From the sequence record AJ697969.1: DNA of 64,000 nucleotides; one strand, given 5' to 3'. The first letter of the stretch is position 1; every line of letters begins with the position of its first letter. Below, piece after piece: positions 39,302-49,646 of this stretch. Below the pieces are notes generated by a model, which saw only the letters and a program-made list of their open reading frames with translations, was not told where the DNA came from and made no database searches. The position numbers and the translations under genes are program-made. Source of the DNA: Pseudomonas phage EL.

Positions 39302-40597
39302 ATGAATGATGATGAAAAGACGTTGGCTGCTGAAATGGCTGCGGTCAGTGCAGTCAAATCCCAGGAGATCGTGGAAGCCGCCCGTTCCACGGCGGAACTG
39401 TCGGAGTACCAGAACAGCCTCGATGATCTGTTCGATCGCGTGATTGAAGTCCAACGCACGTTGAACACTCTGGAAGCCCACGAGGTGACACCGGAGTTGG
39501 CTGAACAGCTCGATAAAGAACTGATTGCGGCAGAAGCCCTCCCAGAGGCCGTAGAAGGGGCGGAAGCCTTGGGGTTTACCCTTCTCCCTAAGGCATACCT
39601 TGCGACGCGTCTAGCGGGCTGTGAGAGCTTCCTGAGCGACTTCTTTAAGAGCTCCCGGGAAGTAGTCAGTTTGATTGGAACCTTCTTCCGGGATTCGTAC
39701 GTTCTCTTTATGGAATCCCAGGAGAGTCTGAGTAAGCAGATTGACCTGCTGGAAACCCGGTTGTCCTCTGTCGAGAAGTTTGGCAGTCAAGGTACCTTTA
39801 TCCTGGGTCACCGTCTCTTTAACCGGTTTAAGATCAACGGTAAAGTGGATGAGAACTGGTCCGGTAACCTGACCAAGCTCAACCAAACCCTGTCGGGTCT
39901 GAGTAATAACTATTACCTCAACAGCAAGAATGCGTTGGCGGCATCATTCAGTTACTTCGGTGGGTTTGCAGGTCTGACCCAAGTGGAAGTGGATGAACGC
40001 CTCTGCATGATGCCGGTGAGTCTACCATCAACGCCGTTTAAGGAATGTACTTATCCGGATAAACGCCGTTCGGGACCTAACGTGGTGGCTAAACGGTCGG
40101 TCGAGCTGATGGGTGGTGCGTACTTCTACGATGTTCGCAGTACCGTTAAACCGGTGATCCTGAAGAACCCTGACGACATTCAAGACTTTGTGATCCGTTA
40201 CACTGAAATTGATCACACCGGTTTCGATAACAACGAAGAGTATACCCTTCGGGATGTTGGGGCTGAAGTGAAGGCGTTGTCGAGTGAAGACATTAAGACT
40301 GTCATCAAACTCCTGCGTCAGCTCTTGAAAGACTGGGGTAAGGTCTTTGAAATGGCGGAGACCTACCGCGTAACGGATTCGGATTACAACGACATCATTA
40401 AAGGTTTCCTGGAAGCCGATATCAGTGATGAGGCGAAGACGGTGTTGTCGAAGACGTTCGCTAAAGTCGTTCGTAAGAACCAAACCGAGCTCTTGGGTAT
40501 TCGCGCTGAGGTCTCGAACTACCTCACTCTGATTGTCAACGGGATGGTGTCTATCTGTAACGATTCCATTGGGCTTTACGAAGAAAGCCTGGACTAA
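39302..40597 (+). CDS. paralog-family-like protein with acidic N-terminal region
   Basis: motif AGCE-SFLSDFFKSSREVVSLIGTFF; ATG 39302 with a GGAGAAG RBS (the track GTG is at 39287). Confidence 0.6.
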   Translation: MNDDEKTLAAEMAAVSAVKSQEIVEAARSTAELSEYQNSLDDLFDRVIEVQRTLNTLEAHEVTPELAEQLDKELIAAEALPEAVEGAEALGFTLLPKAYLATRLAGCESFLSDFFKSSREVVSLIGTFFRDSYVLFMESQESLSKQIDLLETRLSSVEKFGSQGTFILGHRLFNRFKINGKVDENWSGNLTKLNQTLSGLSNNYYLNSKNALAASFSYFGGFAGLTQVEVDERLCMMPVSLPSTPFKECTYPDKRRSGPNVVAKRSVELMGGAYFYDVRSTVKPVILKNPDDIQDFVIRYTEIDHTGFDNNEEYTLRDVGAEVKALSSEDIKTVIKLLRQLLKDWGKVFEMAETYRVTDSDYNDIIKGFLEADISDEAKTVLSKTFAKVVRKNQTELLGIRAEVSNYLTLIVNGMVSICNDSIGLYEESLD

Positions 40598-40610
40598 GCG
40601 GGGTGAGGGT

Positions 40611-41624
40611 ATGAGCGCGGGTTATAAAAGCCAATACGTTGATGCCCTCGAACAACACCAGGACCTGATGCAGGCTCACTCAGAACTCCTTGAGTTGGGC
40701 AGTATCATGGGAATGGATGATGTCGAGGGCAGTGAGGCGTTGAAAGAAGCCGCCATGGACAGTTTGTCTTCGGTAGGTCGGGGTTTGTTCAGTGTGAGTA
40801 AATGGGTCGGGGGTAAAGCGATTGATGGCTTTATTCGTGGTATGACGACCGCAGGTAATCAACTGAACAAGAGTTTCAATGACAACCAAGGACTTATTAA
40901 AAATGTCCTTAAAGACGCTGGTAAGGTGGCTGACAAAGATATTCAGGTTACTGGCAAGAAGATTGGACTGATTACCGCGACCGGTAATCCTGACCGTATT
41001 CTCCACGACATGGAACTCCTGGTTAAGGACCTCGAAGTCGTTGAACAGCACGCCAAAGACCTGATGGGGTTCTTGGACCGTGAATTGGTGACCTTGAGGC
41101 AGTTGAAATCGGCTAAGAAGTCCGAAGACATTCACAAGGTCATTGACGCGTTCAACGGGTTGGAATACCCGGTTATGAAGTTCGCTGACCGGTTGGATAA
41201 GGCGTATAAGTCTGAGGTGCTACCGGGTGGTCGTTTCTTCCTCTTCAAACAGGAAGAAGACGATAAACCTGCGGTGTATTCCATTGGGGGTGAACCGCAT
41301 GAAGGGGAAGGGGTGACCCTGAACCTGTCTAAAACCGAGGTCACTGACATTCTGAATAAACTCGGGAAGGTCAATGCGTTGCACTTGCGGGTTAAGGCAT
41401 CGTATGAGAGTTATCTCGGATTCATCAAATCTTGGGCAGAAATGGTCAAAGGTGTTGATGGTAACTTGAGTCAATTGGATCAAGTGAGTAAGACGGTAAT
41501 AGGCGAAGCTGAGAAGCTAATGGCCGGGAACATGGGGGCTCTCGCATTTTATAGCGGATTCACTCCTCGTGTGGTCGGTTATACCGATAAGTACATTCAT
41601 GGTGTACTTGGGGTATTCGCTTGA
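40611..41624 (+). CDS. hypothetical protein (weak paralog-family resemblance)
   Basis: ATG 40611 after the upstream stop; GLFSVSKWVGGKAIDGFIRGM. Confidence 0.6.
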   Translation: MSAGYKSQYVDALEQHQDLMQAHSELLELGSIMGMDDVEGSEALKEAAMDSLSSVGRGLFSVSKWVGGKAIDGFIRGMTTAGNQLNKSFNDNQGLIKNVLKDAGKVADKDIQVTGKKIGLITATGNPDRILHDMELLVKDLEVVEQHAKDLMGFLDRELVTLRQLKSAKKSEDIHKVIDAFNGLEYPVMKFADRLDKAYKSEVLPGGRFFLFKQEEDDKPAVYSIGGEPHEGEGVTLNLSKTEVTDILNKLGKVNALHLRVKASYESYLGFIKSWAEMVKGVDGNLSQLDQVSKTVIGEAEKLMAGNMGALAFYSGFTPRVVGYTDKYIHGVLGVFA

Positions 41625-41676
41625 TTTGTTTATAAACAATCATTCCATTTCGTTAACGAAACAAAGGAAACAACTC

Positions 41677-42933
41677 ATGAGTATTCTCGATCGCTACACT
41701 GGCATGGAAGAGCTTCTGGAGAACGGCGCGGACAACCTCGAAGATGGTGTGACCGAAGCCGCTGTCGAAGAAGTTCGTGCTGACATCGCCGAGGTTGTGG
41801 CAGAGGTAGAACAGGTCGCGGCTGAAGTCGAAGAACTGCGTGATGACCTGGAAGAGCACGAAGAAGTCGTCGAAGAACTGGCTGAAGAAGTCGAAGGCCT
41901 GGAAAGCATGCTGAGCTCGGGTCAGTTCAGCTCCGTTGGTTTCGCTCACAGCTACAACAAGGCCCTGCGCCTGAACGCCAAGCTGGGCGGCCAATCCTTC
42001 GAACGCCTGGGTGCGGAATCCATCTCCGACGCTGCCACCGCCAAGATCGCTTCGGTGACTGGCGTTGAAGCCTTCATGGACACCGTGAAGAACGCCGGTA
42101 AGAAAGCCGCCGAGTTCATCAAGGCGATCTTCAACACCGTCATCAACTTCTTCGTGGGTCTGTTCAGCACCGCTGCCGGTATCGACCGTCGTCGCGCACA
42201 GCTCGCCGACAAACTCGGTAAAGCCGACAAGCTGAAAGAGAAAATCAAGCTGGGCAAATGGAACATCGGTGTCGACTACGCCAAGAACGGCGCGGACATC
42301 CTGGACAAAGGTCCGTTCACCAAAGTCCTGAGCGATTCCCTGCCGGCCTTCATCGACATCGGCAAGAACCTCGACGGCGTCAACGCCTCCCAGTTCAAGA
42401 CTGCGTACAACAGCCTGGTCGCTGACGTCAAAGCCGTTGTGAAAGAAACCGGCGGAAATGCCACTGAGAAAGGTTCCGGTGACAAGCGTCAAGTCCTGGC
42501 TGCACGTGCCGGCTTCGGCATCTATCTCACCTTCGAAGAGAAGGTCGATACCGATGAAGAAGTCCTGGCTGCCGCGCGTTCCATCAAGCTGTCCTTCGGC
42601 AAGAACAAGGACGCCTCCGAGTTCGCCAAAGGTGAAGCGGCTGTCAAGGCAACCAAAGCACAACTGGAAAGCCTGCTGAAAACTGTGAGCAGTACCGTAT
42701 CCGTTCTGAAAGACAGCAAGATCAGCCAGAAGTTCTCCAAGGCTGAACGTGACCGTGTCGTCGGCACCCTGAACGCCAAAGGTGGTGACAAGGACGCCAA
42801 GGCCGGCACCGACAAGGCGATCAAACTGGTGCGCGCGCTGTACAGCACCGGTGCGAGCCTGACCCAGTCGGTCAACCGTCTGCTGGCTTACCAAGCCAAG
42901 CAATCGCTGGATCTGGTTGCGGCTCACCTGTAA
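41677..42933 (+). CDS. abundant paralog-family protein with acidic coiled-coil N-terminus (probable major internal head / scaffold-like protein)
   Basis: strongly optimised GC3-rich codon usage (ctg, cgt, ggt, aac, ttc, gaa) unlike neighbouring genes; motif TGVE-AFMDTVKNAGKKAAEFIKAIFNTVINFF; AAGGAAAC RBS; the track start 41569 precedes the bias change. Confidence 0.7.
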   Translation: MSILDRYTGMEELLENGADNLEDGVTEAAVEEVRADIAEVVAEVEQVAAEVEELRDDLEEHEEVVEELAEEVEGLESMLSSGQFSSVGFAHSYNKALRLNAKLGGQSFERLGAESISDAATAKIASVTGVEAFMDTVKNAGKKAAEFIKAIFNTVINFFVGLFSTAAGIDRRRAQLADKLGKADKLKEKIKLGKWNIGVDYAKNGADILDKGPFTKVLSDSLPAFIDIGKNLDGVNASQFKTAYNSLVADVKAVVKETGGNATEKGSGDKRQVLAARAGFGIYLTFEEKVDTDEEVLAAARSIKLSFGKNKDASEFAKGEAAVKATKAQLESLLKTVSSTVSVLKDSKISQKFSKAERDRVVGTLNAKGGDKDAKAGTDKAIKLVRALYSTGASLTQSVNRLLAYQAKQSLDLVAAHL

Positions 42934-42964
42934 GGTCGAGTGTTAGGATCTATTCCTAGAGGTA

Positions 42965-42996
42965 CTACAGGTAGGGGGATCTCCCCCTACCTGTAG
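42965..42996 (+). terminator. hairpin terminator (CTACAGGTAGGGGGA / TCCCCCTACCTGTAG)
   Basis: 15-nt arms 32 nt after the stop. Confidence 0.6.
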
Positions 42997-43060
42997 CCTT
43001 TATGTCGCAATACTGTAATTTCGATGCTATGTACTCAACTTGACTATTAGGTTGTTAACG

Positions 43061-44107
43061 ATGAATACGCATCCTGTAGCGCCCCTCCGATACGTGAATT
43101 CACCGACGGTGTATGAAGAGTATGAGGAGGATAGGGAGGGTTATAATCTAGTCAACGACGAAACGACTATGGTTGCACTCTCCAGAGAGAACGACAAGAT
43201 CAGTGGATTAGAAAGTGTCTACAACTACGTTCTCCACCGACATCAGAATCGGTTGACTGCTTCGACCGGTACTGAGGGGTTTATTGATTCCGTTAAACAC
43301 GGTATCGGTAAACTCATTCAAGTGGTTAAGGATTTCTTTAAGTGGATTTGGAGTTTCTTTGGGACCAAAGGGAAAGCCCTGAAAGACAAAGGAGATGAAC
43401 TGGAGGTCGCTCTTAAAGCCAATGGTGTACGGGAGGATGACATTCCGTATCCCAAAGCCGCCTTTTATATCTTCCCTAAAACGACCAAGTTACCGTCGAA
43501 TGTGGCGTGGGTGGGTAGCGTCATCGGGGATATTGAGCGTGGGATTAAGACGATTGAACGGTACAGTGCAAGTGTGGGGAACTTCTGTAAGGAATTAGGT
43601 CGTCTGATTGACCATTCGAAATACGCAGAATTCACCACCAAACAGAAGGCCTTCTACCAAGAGGTTAAGGGTCTGTTAGGAGTGAACGCGAACCAGGAAG
43701 CCACCCTGGTGGTTAAAGATGACCTGGTCGTGGGTAAGAACACCGTGGAAGTGACGATTAACCTGACGCGGGGGCTGGGTGTCCTGTCGGCTGATCGAGT
43801 GAAGAACGCGACCTTTAAGACTAATGTTTCGCAGGTGCGCGAACTCCTGGTCAAGCACAATCGTCTAACAGAATCCCTCAAGGACATGAACACTAAAGTC
43901 CATTCGTTGGAGAATGACTTTGTAACGGCGCTAATGGCAAGTTTGGACGTTAAAGAGGCGTCTCCTGAAGCTCAGGCTGCCATTAAGGAGATGAAAGCCG
44001 TGATTCGTAAAGCCATGGCGAGTCTTAAAGTCATGGAGACGGAAGTGTATCGGAGTGCTAACGCTGTTTACGCGGTGTTGGAAGCCGCTGTGAAGAGAAG
44101 GAGCTAA
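43061..44107 (+). CDS. paralog-family protein (probable virion/head protein)
   Basis: motif TGTE-GFIDSVKHGIGKLIQVVKDFFKWIWSFF; ATG at 43061. Confidence 0.65.
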   Translation: MNTHPVAPLRYVNSPTVYEEYEEDREGYNLVNDETTMVALSRENDKISGLESVYNYVLHRHQNRLTASTGTEGFIDSVKHGIGKLIQVVKDFFKWIWSFFGTKGKALKDKGDELEVALKANGVREDDIPYPKAAFYIFPKTTKLPSNVAWVGSVIGDIERGIKTIERYSASVGNFCKELGRLIDHSKYAEFTTKQKAFYQEVKGLLGVNANQEATLVVKDDLVVGKNTVEVTINLTRGLGVLSADRVKNATFKTNVSQVRELLVKHNRLTESLKDMNTKVHSLENDFVTALMASLDVKEASPEAQAAIKEMKAVIRKAMASLKVMETEVYRSANAVYAVLEAAVKRRS

Positions 44108-44112
44108 AGGTC

Positions 44113-44598
44113 ATGCAGCTTAGCTTATTGAATCAATCTGTTGTGGTGAAAGCCGCGCTGGGTGATTACACGGACATTAACCCTCGGTTTGGGATTACCA
44201 CGAGGATTAACGATACTGTGTTCAAATACGCCCCTCATGGAGAACTGCGTCAGAGTGTTCTGATTGAGCGCTTGGATCTTGGAGAATTCCTGAAGGGGAT
44301 TCCCCAGGACATTAGCCAGGTGACGTATAAGGAGACCCCTGAGATCGTTGTGAGTCTTCTCCAGGAAAAGCTGGGGGTGTTCCCAGAGGAACAGGAACCA
44401 ATTGTTCAACCCAGCACCCCCCTCGTCCTCAAGGAGGATGATCCTCATACCACGTACTTTGAACTCTGGCGGAGTTTTGTAGGGTTACCCGGTCTCTACC
44501 GTCACGAAGTCGACTTGGGCCTGGTTAACGACACTCTCATAATTGACGCACGTTACTCGACGATTTACAAGGGTAATGTCACCGTTAAGGTTAAGTAA
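44113..44598 (+). CDS. hypothetical protein
   Basis: 161-aa ORF. Confidence 0.55.
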   Translation: MQLSLLNQSVVVKAALGDYTDINPRFGITTRINDTVFKYAPHGELRQSVLIERLDLGEFLKGIPQDISQVTYKETPEIVVSLLQEKLGVFPEEQEPIVQPSTPLVLKEDDPHTTYFELWRSFVGLPGLYRHEVDLGLVNDTLIIDARYSTIYKGNVTVKVK

Positions 44599-44605
44599 GG
44601 GGACG

Positions 44606-46015
44606 ATGATGAACGCAGCCTATCGTTTAGGTTTGCTGGGGATGATCCTGGGGGAAGTGGGTAAGGACGTTCTCTCCGAGGAGAAGACCCCCGAATTGGT
44701 TAACTACCTGGAAAAACATGGGGTTAGTCAATTAACTGAAGAACACATCATGGGTCAGATTGTCAACACACTGAATATTATCAGTCGTGAGTTTGACTAT
44801 TACGACGCCAGTGAGTTGAAAGTGAATACTGTCCTGGACCGTTACCTGAAGGAAACCCTGAGCAGTATTGAGAATGGAATCTATCAATTCCCTCGGGATA
44901 TTTCCATGCTGATTTGTTCGTTGGGGAATAAGGGTGGGGCGTTTACGGAGACGGAAGGAGTAGGTGAACTGATCAGCACGGGTAAAGGGTTGGTCAATTA
45001 CCTGCTGGAACAGGATGAGGGTAGTTTGAGGAATACCCCAGCTGAGGTGTATTCTGCTACCGCTCGTAAACTGGAATACATTGACAAGATTCTGAGTTTG
45101 GTGGACATCTTTGTAACCTCTCGTCAGGGGCTGTTGGCGGGCTTGGAAGAATATGCGCCGATGGACTACACCTACCTCCATCCGATTGAGGTCAATCATT
45201 GGGGGGTTCCTGGGTTGGAGTGTGCGGGAGGTGATACCTGTGAATGCGGGTGTGTGCTCGACCACCCATTGCATGTTCTCCAGGGCTTGGAAGATTACCT
45301 GGATGGTATTCAAAGCACCGACCGTGATTATTTCCTGACCGTTGCTGAAATGAACGGGGTTAAACTCCGTTCCATTGAAGGGAGTGAGGGTCAAGTTTTC
45401 GACTCCATTAAAGCGGTTGCTCGGAATGCGTACCAAGCGGCTTTGAGTGGGTGGGAACAACTGAAAGCCTGGTACGAGTCGTCTGAGAAAGAGAAAGCTG
45501 ACAACGACGCGGTAGCAAAGACTGGGGAGGACAATAAGAAAGCAGTCCAAACCATGCCCACTAAGAATGTCACTATCAATGACAAGGCGCGTGAGGGGAT
45601 TAAGACCCTGGCGGAGAAGGTGGATGTCTCTGGGGCAATGTCTCAGGTTGTGAATCGGCTTCGGACACCCACGGACGTAGGGGGTGTGATCGATGGATTG
45701 TTGGGTCTTCTTAAGAAAGAAGAAGTCAACGGTGAGAAACTCCGGGCTGATAAGAAAGCGGTTGATACCACCCTGGCTGAATTGAGAAAAGCCTCACAGC
45801 AGACCAGTGGGAATGATGAAGACAAAGAAGCAGTTAGTGCGGCTAAGGCAGCGGTGCAGGAAACGGTTAAAGCTGCTAAAGAAGCCGTCGCGGAGGCCAA
45901 GAAGAAGATTGGTGAACACGATAAGTTGGTTAAAGGTCTTCGTAAAGCCATTAAAGGTATTACACCCCACATCTTTATTAAAGAGGGTGGGAACACTGGG
46001 GGGACGAACACATGA
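44606..46015 (+). CDS. hypothetical protein (C-terminal Lys/Ala-rich coiled region)
   Basis: ATG 44606 after the upstream stop with a GGGGACG RBS. Confidence 0.6.
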   Translation: MMNAAYRLGLLGMILGEVGKDVLSEEKTPELVNYLEKHGVSQLTEEHIMGQIVNTLNIISREFDYYDASELKVNTVLDRYLKETLSSIENGIYQFPRDISMLICSLGNKGGAFTETEGVGELISTGKGLVNYLLEQDEGSLRNTPAEVYSATARKLEYIDKILSLVDIFVTSRQGLLAGLEEYAPMDYTYLHPIEVNHWGVPGLECAGGDTCECGCVLDHPLHVLQGLEDYLDGIQSTDRDYFLTVAEMNGVKLRSIEGSEGQVFDSIKAVARNAYQAALSGWEQLKAWYESSEKEKADNDAVAKTGEDNKKAVQTMPTKNVTINDKAREGIKTLAEKVDVSGAMSQVVNRLRTPTDVGGVIDGLLGLLKKEEVNGEKLRADKKAVDTTLAELRKASQQTSGNDEDKEAVSAAKAAVQETVKAAKEAVAEAKKKIGEHDKLVKGLRKAIKGITPHIFIKEGGNTGGTNT

Positions 46016-46767
46016 AGACACTTCATCCACGTGTCTTGGAACAGATTCAAGCACAATTGCCCAAAGACAGCGTTATCCTGGGTACTCAGCCTGGTGATGA
46101 AGACGTCGGGTATGTGGTGGTTCAGTTGAATAACGACGAAACCATGCTCCCTATCCCGAAGAAGGATATTGGAGATTACATGGGGGTCAGTATTCCTGAA
46201 CTCCCGGTGGGTGACCAGGAGCCGTTGGCTCAGGTGTTTAAACGGCTCAGTAATGCGTTTAAACTCTTCCTCGTGGAAGGGGTGGACTATACGGTTCCAG
46301 AAGGGAAGGTAGACCTGCCCAAGAACGCACCCTCTCCTTTCCAGATAGTCACCCTGGAGATCGCTCCGACCAGTATCCTGTGGAAAGGACGCCTGGTCCT
46401 TAAACTGCTCAATAAAGCCCGCTTAGGACCTTCAGGGGTTCTTAAAGCCACCGACTTGGATACCCCTCGTCTCCAGATGGCGTTAAGTTCTAAAATCTTC
46501 CAGGGGAATGGGAACCTCTTTACGGAGAACCGGTCTCGGTTGTCTGACACCTTCTGTCAGCAGGTGGTTGATTACCTGAACATCGTTAAGATCCAGTCGG
46601 TTACGGTGGATCGGCTGAAAGGGGGAGAACTGATCGATAACGTATCGGATTGTTTCTCAGGCTTGGTGATCATTAAGCTTGAGGAGGGTCCTCATCTGTT
46701 TATTCGGTACCGTTCCGAAGGGGAAGAAGATCCTCAACCATCGCCCGGTGACGTAGACCCGGAATAA
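46012..46767 (+). CDS. hypothetical protein
   Basis: 251-aa ORF with an ATGA overlap onto the upstream gene. Confidence 0.6.
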   Translation: MKTLHPRVLEQIQAQLPKDSVILGTQPGDEDVGYVVVQLNNDETMLPIPKKDIGDYMGVSIPELPVGDQEPLAQVFKRLSNAFKLFLVEGVDYTVPEGKVDLPKNAPSPFQIVTLEIAPTSILWKGRLVLKLLNKARLGPSGVLKATDLDTPRLQMALSSKIFQGNGNLFTENRSRLSDTFCQQVVDYLNIVKIQSVTVDRLKGGELIDNVSDCFSGLVIIKLEEGPHLFIRYRSEGEEDPQPSPGDVDPE

Positions 46768-46784
46768 CCAACGTCTGGTACTGG

Positions 46785-46815
46785 GGAGGGAGAAGGGGGG
46801 AACCCCTCTCCCTCC
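46785..46815 (+). terminator. hairpin (GGAGGGAGAAGGGG / CCCCTCTCCCTCC, one bulge)
   Basis: lies 18 nt after the stop. Confidence 0.5.
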
Positions 46816-46826
46816 TAGACCACATC

Positions 46827-48335
46827 GTGCAGGCAGTGAATATGCTTAAAACTTTTGTTGAATGCGAAGAAAACTACGACGCTTATTTGCGTCCTGCGAT
46901 TTATGATTCCATTAAGGCTGTATTGAACTTCTACGGGCTAGACTCCGCCACCGCCATTTACTACAACGGTGAGAATGAGATTGCGAAGACCGTAGGGAGC
47001 AATATGAGTGACGGTCCTCATGCAGATCGGTACACGGATGGAATTTTCAGGAACAAGATCTTTATTGTTCCTGAGGTGAACCGTAGTGAAGCTTGGACGA
47101 ACCGTCGTCAGATGGTGGAGCGTCCCGTACTGTACAACAAGGAACTGGGTATCCTGTTGTGCCCTACGTTTGAGAACAAACGGATTGATGTCAAAGTCGT
47201 CTCGATGTTCAACTCAGAGAACACCGCCCGGCAAATGAAAGACCGTATGAATCGGCTCAAGGAGAACCAAGTCGTTGACTTCACCTTCTCCCCAACGACC
47301 CATATGGTCATTAATCCTCCTATTCTGGAATTCCTAGAGGTGATTTACGACCTCTTGAAGAAGAACAACCCGTCGGTACCCGACCCGTCTGAATGGTTGG
47401 GTAAGATGTGGCAATTTCCGGTGCGTGTGATCAGTAACGTAGCGGGTAACCACAAACGGGTAGTTATCCCGCTTAAACAGAACCGGGTCGGCATTCAGTT
47501 CTCCGAACCCTTTGTAGCGAAGACGAATAAGAGCGCGACTTATGGTCGGTGGGAAGTGGAGTTTACGTACAGCTTCTTCTTCAATGATTTCATTGGGTGG
47601 GAGTTTGAGTATCCCCTGAACATTTATCAGGATGAAATACCCAGTCAGTATATTCCGAGGGTCCAACCTCAACATGAATTACCGGAGTTCATTAAAGCCG
47701 CTCCTGAAGTAGAAGCCGGACGGGAGATTATGTTCCCGGAAGGGTTCAGACACACCCCCTTCTATTTGAAGCTGCCTAAGCATGACCCTTGGGCGTGGCC
47801 TAACTTCGATTGGATGCAACCGGTGATCCAAGCACGACTCAAAGTCGAGGATGAACCCACTCAGGTACTTTGTAACCTATTTGATATTCCTGACTTTGTT
47901 TGGTACGACAATGCTAAGGCGTATTTACTTCGTCGTCATGCGATTGCCTTCCAGCATTTTGAAACCCCTTTTCTGATTCAAGTCTTTGAAAATGACCAGT
48001 TAATTGCCCCTGAACACCTGACCCTGGATGAGAAGGGGTCTATAACGCTTCACAGCAGGCCTGTTTTAAACAAAACATATCGAGTAGTGGTAACCCTCGA
48101 CTATGCGATAAGAGACTATTCTGACGCATTCTGGAGCGATTTAATCGATCATCCTGAAGACTGGGGTATTTTGCCTCAAATCTTTGATTGGTTCGATTTC
48201 AGTGAAGTGCCTGAACCGTGGTACTTACACATCAACTACCTCCGGAAACACATCCATAAGGGATGGGGTCGTTGGACCGAGCGCTTTAACCGATATGAGA
48301 TGGGCTTTGGTTTGTGGGCCTACCGGAACGATTAA
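46827..48335 (+). CDS. hypothetical protein
   Basis: 502-aa ORF (alternative ATG at 46842). Confidence 0.65.
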   Translation: MQAVNMLKTFVECEENYDAYLRPAIYDSIKAVLNFYGLDSATAIYYNGENEIAKTVGSNMSDGPHADRYTDGIFRNKIFIVPEVNRSEAWTNRRQMVERPVLYNKELGILLCPTFENKRIDVKVVSMFNSENTARQMKDRMNRLKENQVVDFTFSPTTHMVINPPILEFLEVIYDLLKKNNPSVPDPSEWLGKMWQFPVRVISNVAGNHKRVVIPLKQNRVGIQFSEPFVAKTNKSATYGRWEVEFTYSFFFNDFIGWEFEYPLNIYQDEIPSQYIPRVQPQHELPEFIKAAPEVEAGREIMFPEGFRHTPFYLKLPKHDPWAWPNFDWMQPVIQARLKVEDEPTQVLCNLFDIPDFVWYDNAKAYLLRRHAIAFQHFETPFLIQVFENDQLIAPEHLTLDEKGSITLHSRPVLNKTYRVVVTLDYAIRDYSDAFWSDLIDHPEDWGILPQIFDWFDFSEVPEPWYLHINYLRKHIHKGWGRWTERFNRYEMGFGLWAYRND

Positions 48336-48350
48336 GAAGGAAATGAAACC

Positions 48351-49646
48351 ATGTCTCTGGATATTAACCCTATCGGAAGGGATATTCCGATTGAACCTGA
48401 AACGCCCCGGATCTACAGTGAGACGTATCGACATTCCATTGTGGATTCCGTTTGGCAACCCGAACAGAGCCTGCTCTCTGAAGTTGAAGGTCGTCCTCGT
48501 CTCTGTCAGTACTTCCGTCAATTCCTGAATCCAGGTGAAGAACCTAAACCCTTCTACCCTGGAAACACCGATACGTATCAGAGTTACGTGCGTATTGACC
48601 GGTTACCCCTCAAGATCGATGGGGATGAGACGTTTAACTTTGATCCTCAGACCGGTGAATCCACCAAGATCTTTAACTTCTGGTTTACCACCGATGCCAA
48701 CCCTATTCGTCATGATGTGTTTATTGTGGATATTGGGGATGGTCGAGCAGGGCTCTTTGCGTGTACGGAACAACCGGAAATTCGTAATTTTACCGCAAAT
48801 AAGGTGTACTTCGTTACCGCGGTATTGAGGGGTATCCTCGACCAGGAGACGGATGCCATTCTCCAAGGACGGGTGGTCCAACACCGGGTGTATTCCAAAG
48901 ATTCTGTACTCCATGGAGGGGCTTCCCTGATTACTAAAGGGGAAGAGGAGGTTGGACAGAAACTCTTCCAGTGGAATCAAACCATCGCCAGTCATATCCT
49001 GAAACGGTTCTACTGGAACCCTGAACGCACCATCGTGTTCGATAAGAAGGGGACCAATGAGAAGGATAAGGTGTATGACCCTTATCTGGTGAACTTCCTG
49101 TCTGCGTTCATTACCCCGGACATGCGACAGAACTACCCACCCATTAACCAGTTCTCGGTTCAGTACGGGGGATTGGAGTACAGCCGGTGGGGAACGAACA
49201 ACATTTGGGAAGTGTTATTGAGGGGGGATTTGAATCTCTTGAAGGTGTGCGACAACAAAGCCGCCTTGGTGGAAGTGACCCGGTTAATGAACAGCCGGCT
49301 GTACGGTAACCTGGCGTCGAGTAAGATCCGGTGGTTCGTGACCACCAACCCTAAGGACTTCATTGCGTATCGGGTTCATTTCAATATGGATGGGTATCCC
49401 ATTGTTATTCCCGGGAAACAAGAGGACATTACGTACCTCTTTAGTCAAGGCTTTTACCAAGGGAAACCCGAAGGCGCCTTTGAGAACCTCCTGTACCGAA
49501 CCCTCACCACGAAAATCACGGATCATAAAGAACTCTTAGCCTATTGCGAAGGGTACTTTGATAAGGAACCGGTGGAACAACTGTACGAAGGGGCTATTCT
49601 GCTGATGCTGCTGAAGTACGCGCGTAAATTTGGAGGTCCGCTATGA
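48351..49646 (+). CDS. hypothetical protein
   Basis: 431-aa ORF. Confidence 0.65.
   Translation: MSLDINPIGRDIPIEPETPRIYSETYRHSIVDSVWQPEQSLLSEVEGRPRLCQYFRQFLNPGEEPKPFYPGNTDTYQSYVRIDRLPLKIDGDETFNFDPQTGESTKIFNFWFTTDANPIRHDVFIVDIGDGRAGLFACTEQPEIRNFTANKVYFVTAVLRGILDQETDAILQGRVVQHRVYSKDSVLHGGASLITKGEEEVGQKLFQWNQTIASHILKRFYWNPERTIVFDKKGTNEKDKVYDPYLVNFLSAFITPDMRQNYPPINQFSVQYGGLEYSRWGTNNIWEVLLRGDLNLLKVCDNKAALVEVTRLMNSRLYGNLASSKIRWFVTTNPKDFIAYRVHFNMDGYPIVIPGKQEDITYLFSQGFYQGKPEGAFENLLYRTLTTKITDHKELLAYCEGYFDKEPVEQLYEGAILLMLLKYARKFGGPL

Noticed and set aside
41653-42927. 424-aa minus-strand ORF
   Set aside because: Shadow of the codon-biased gene at 41677-42933.
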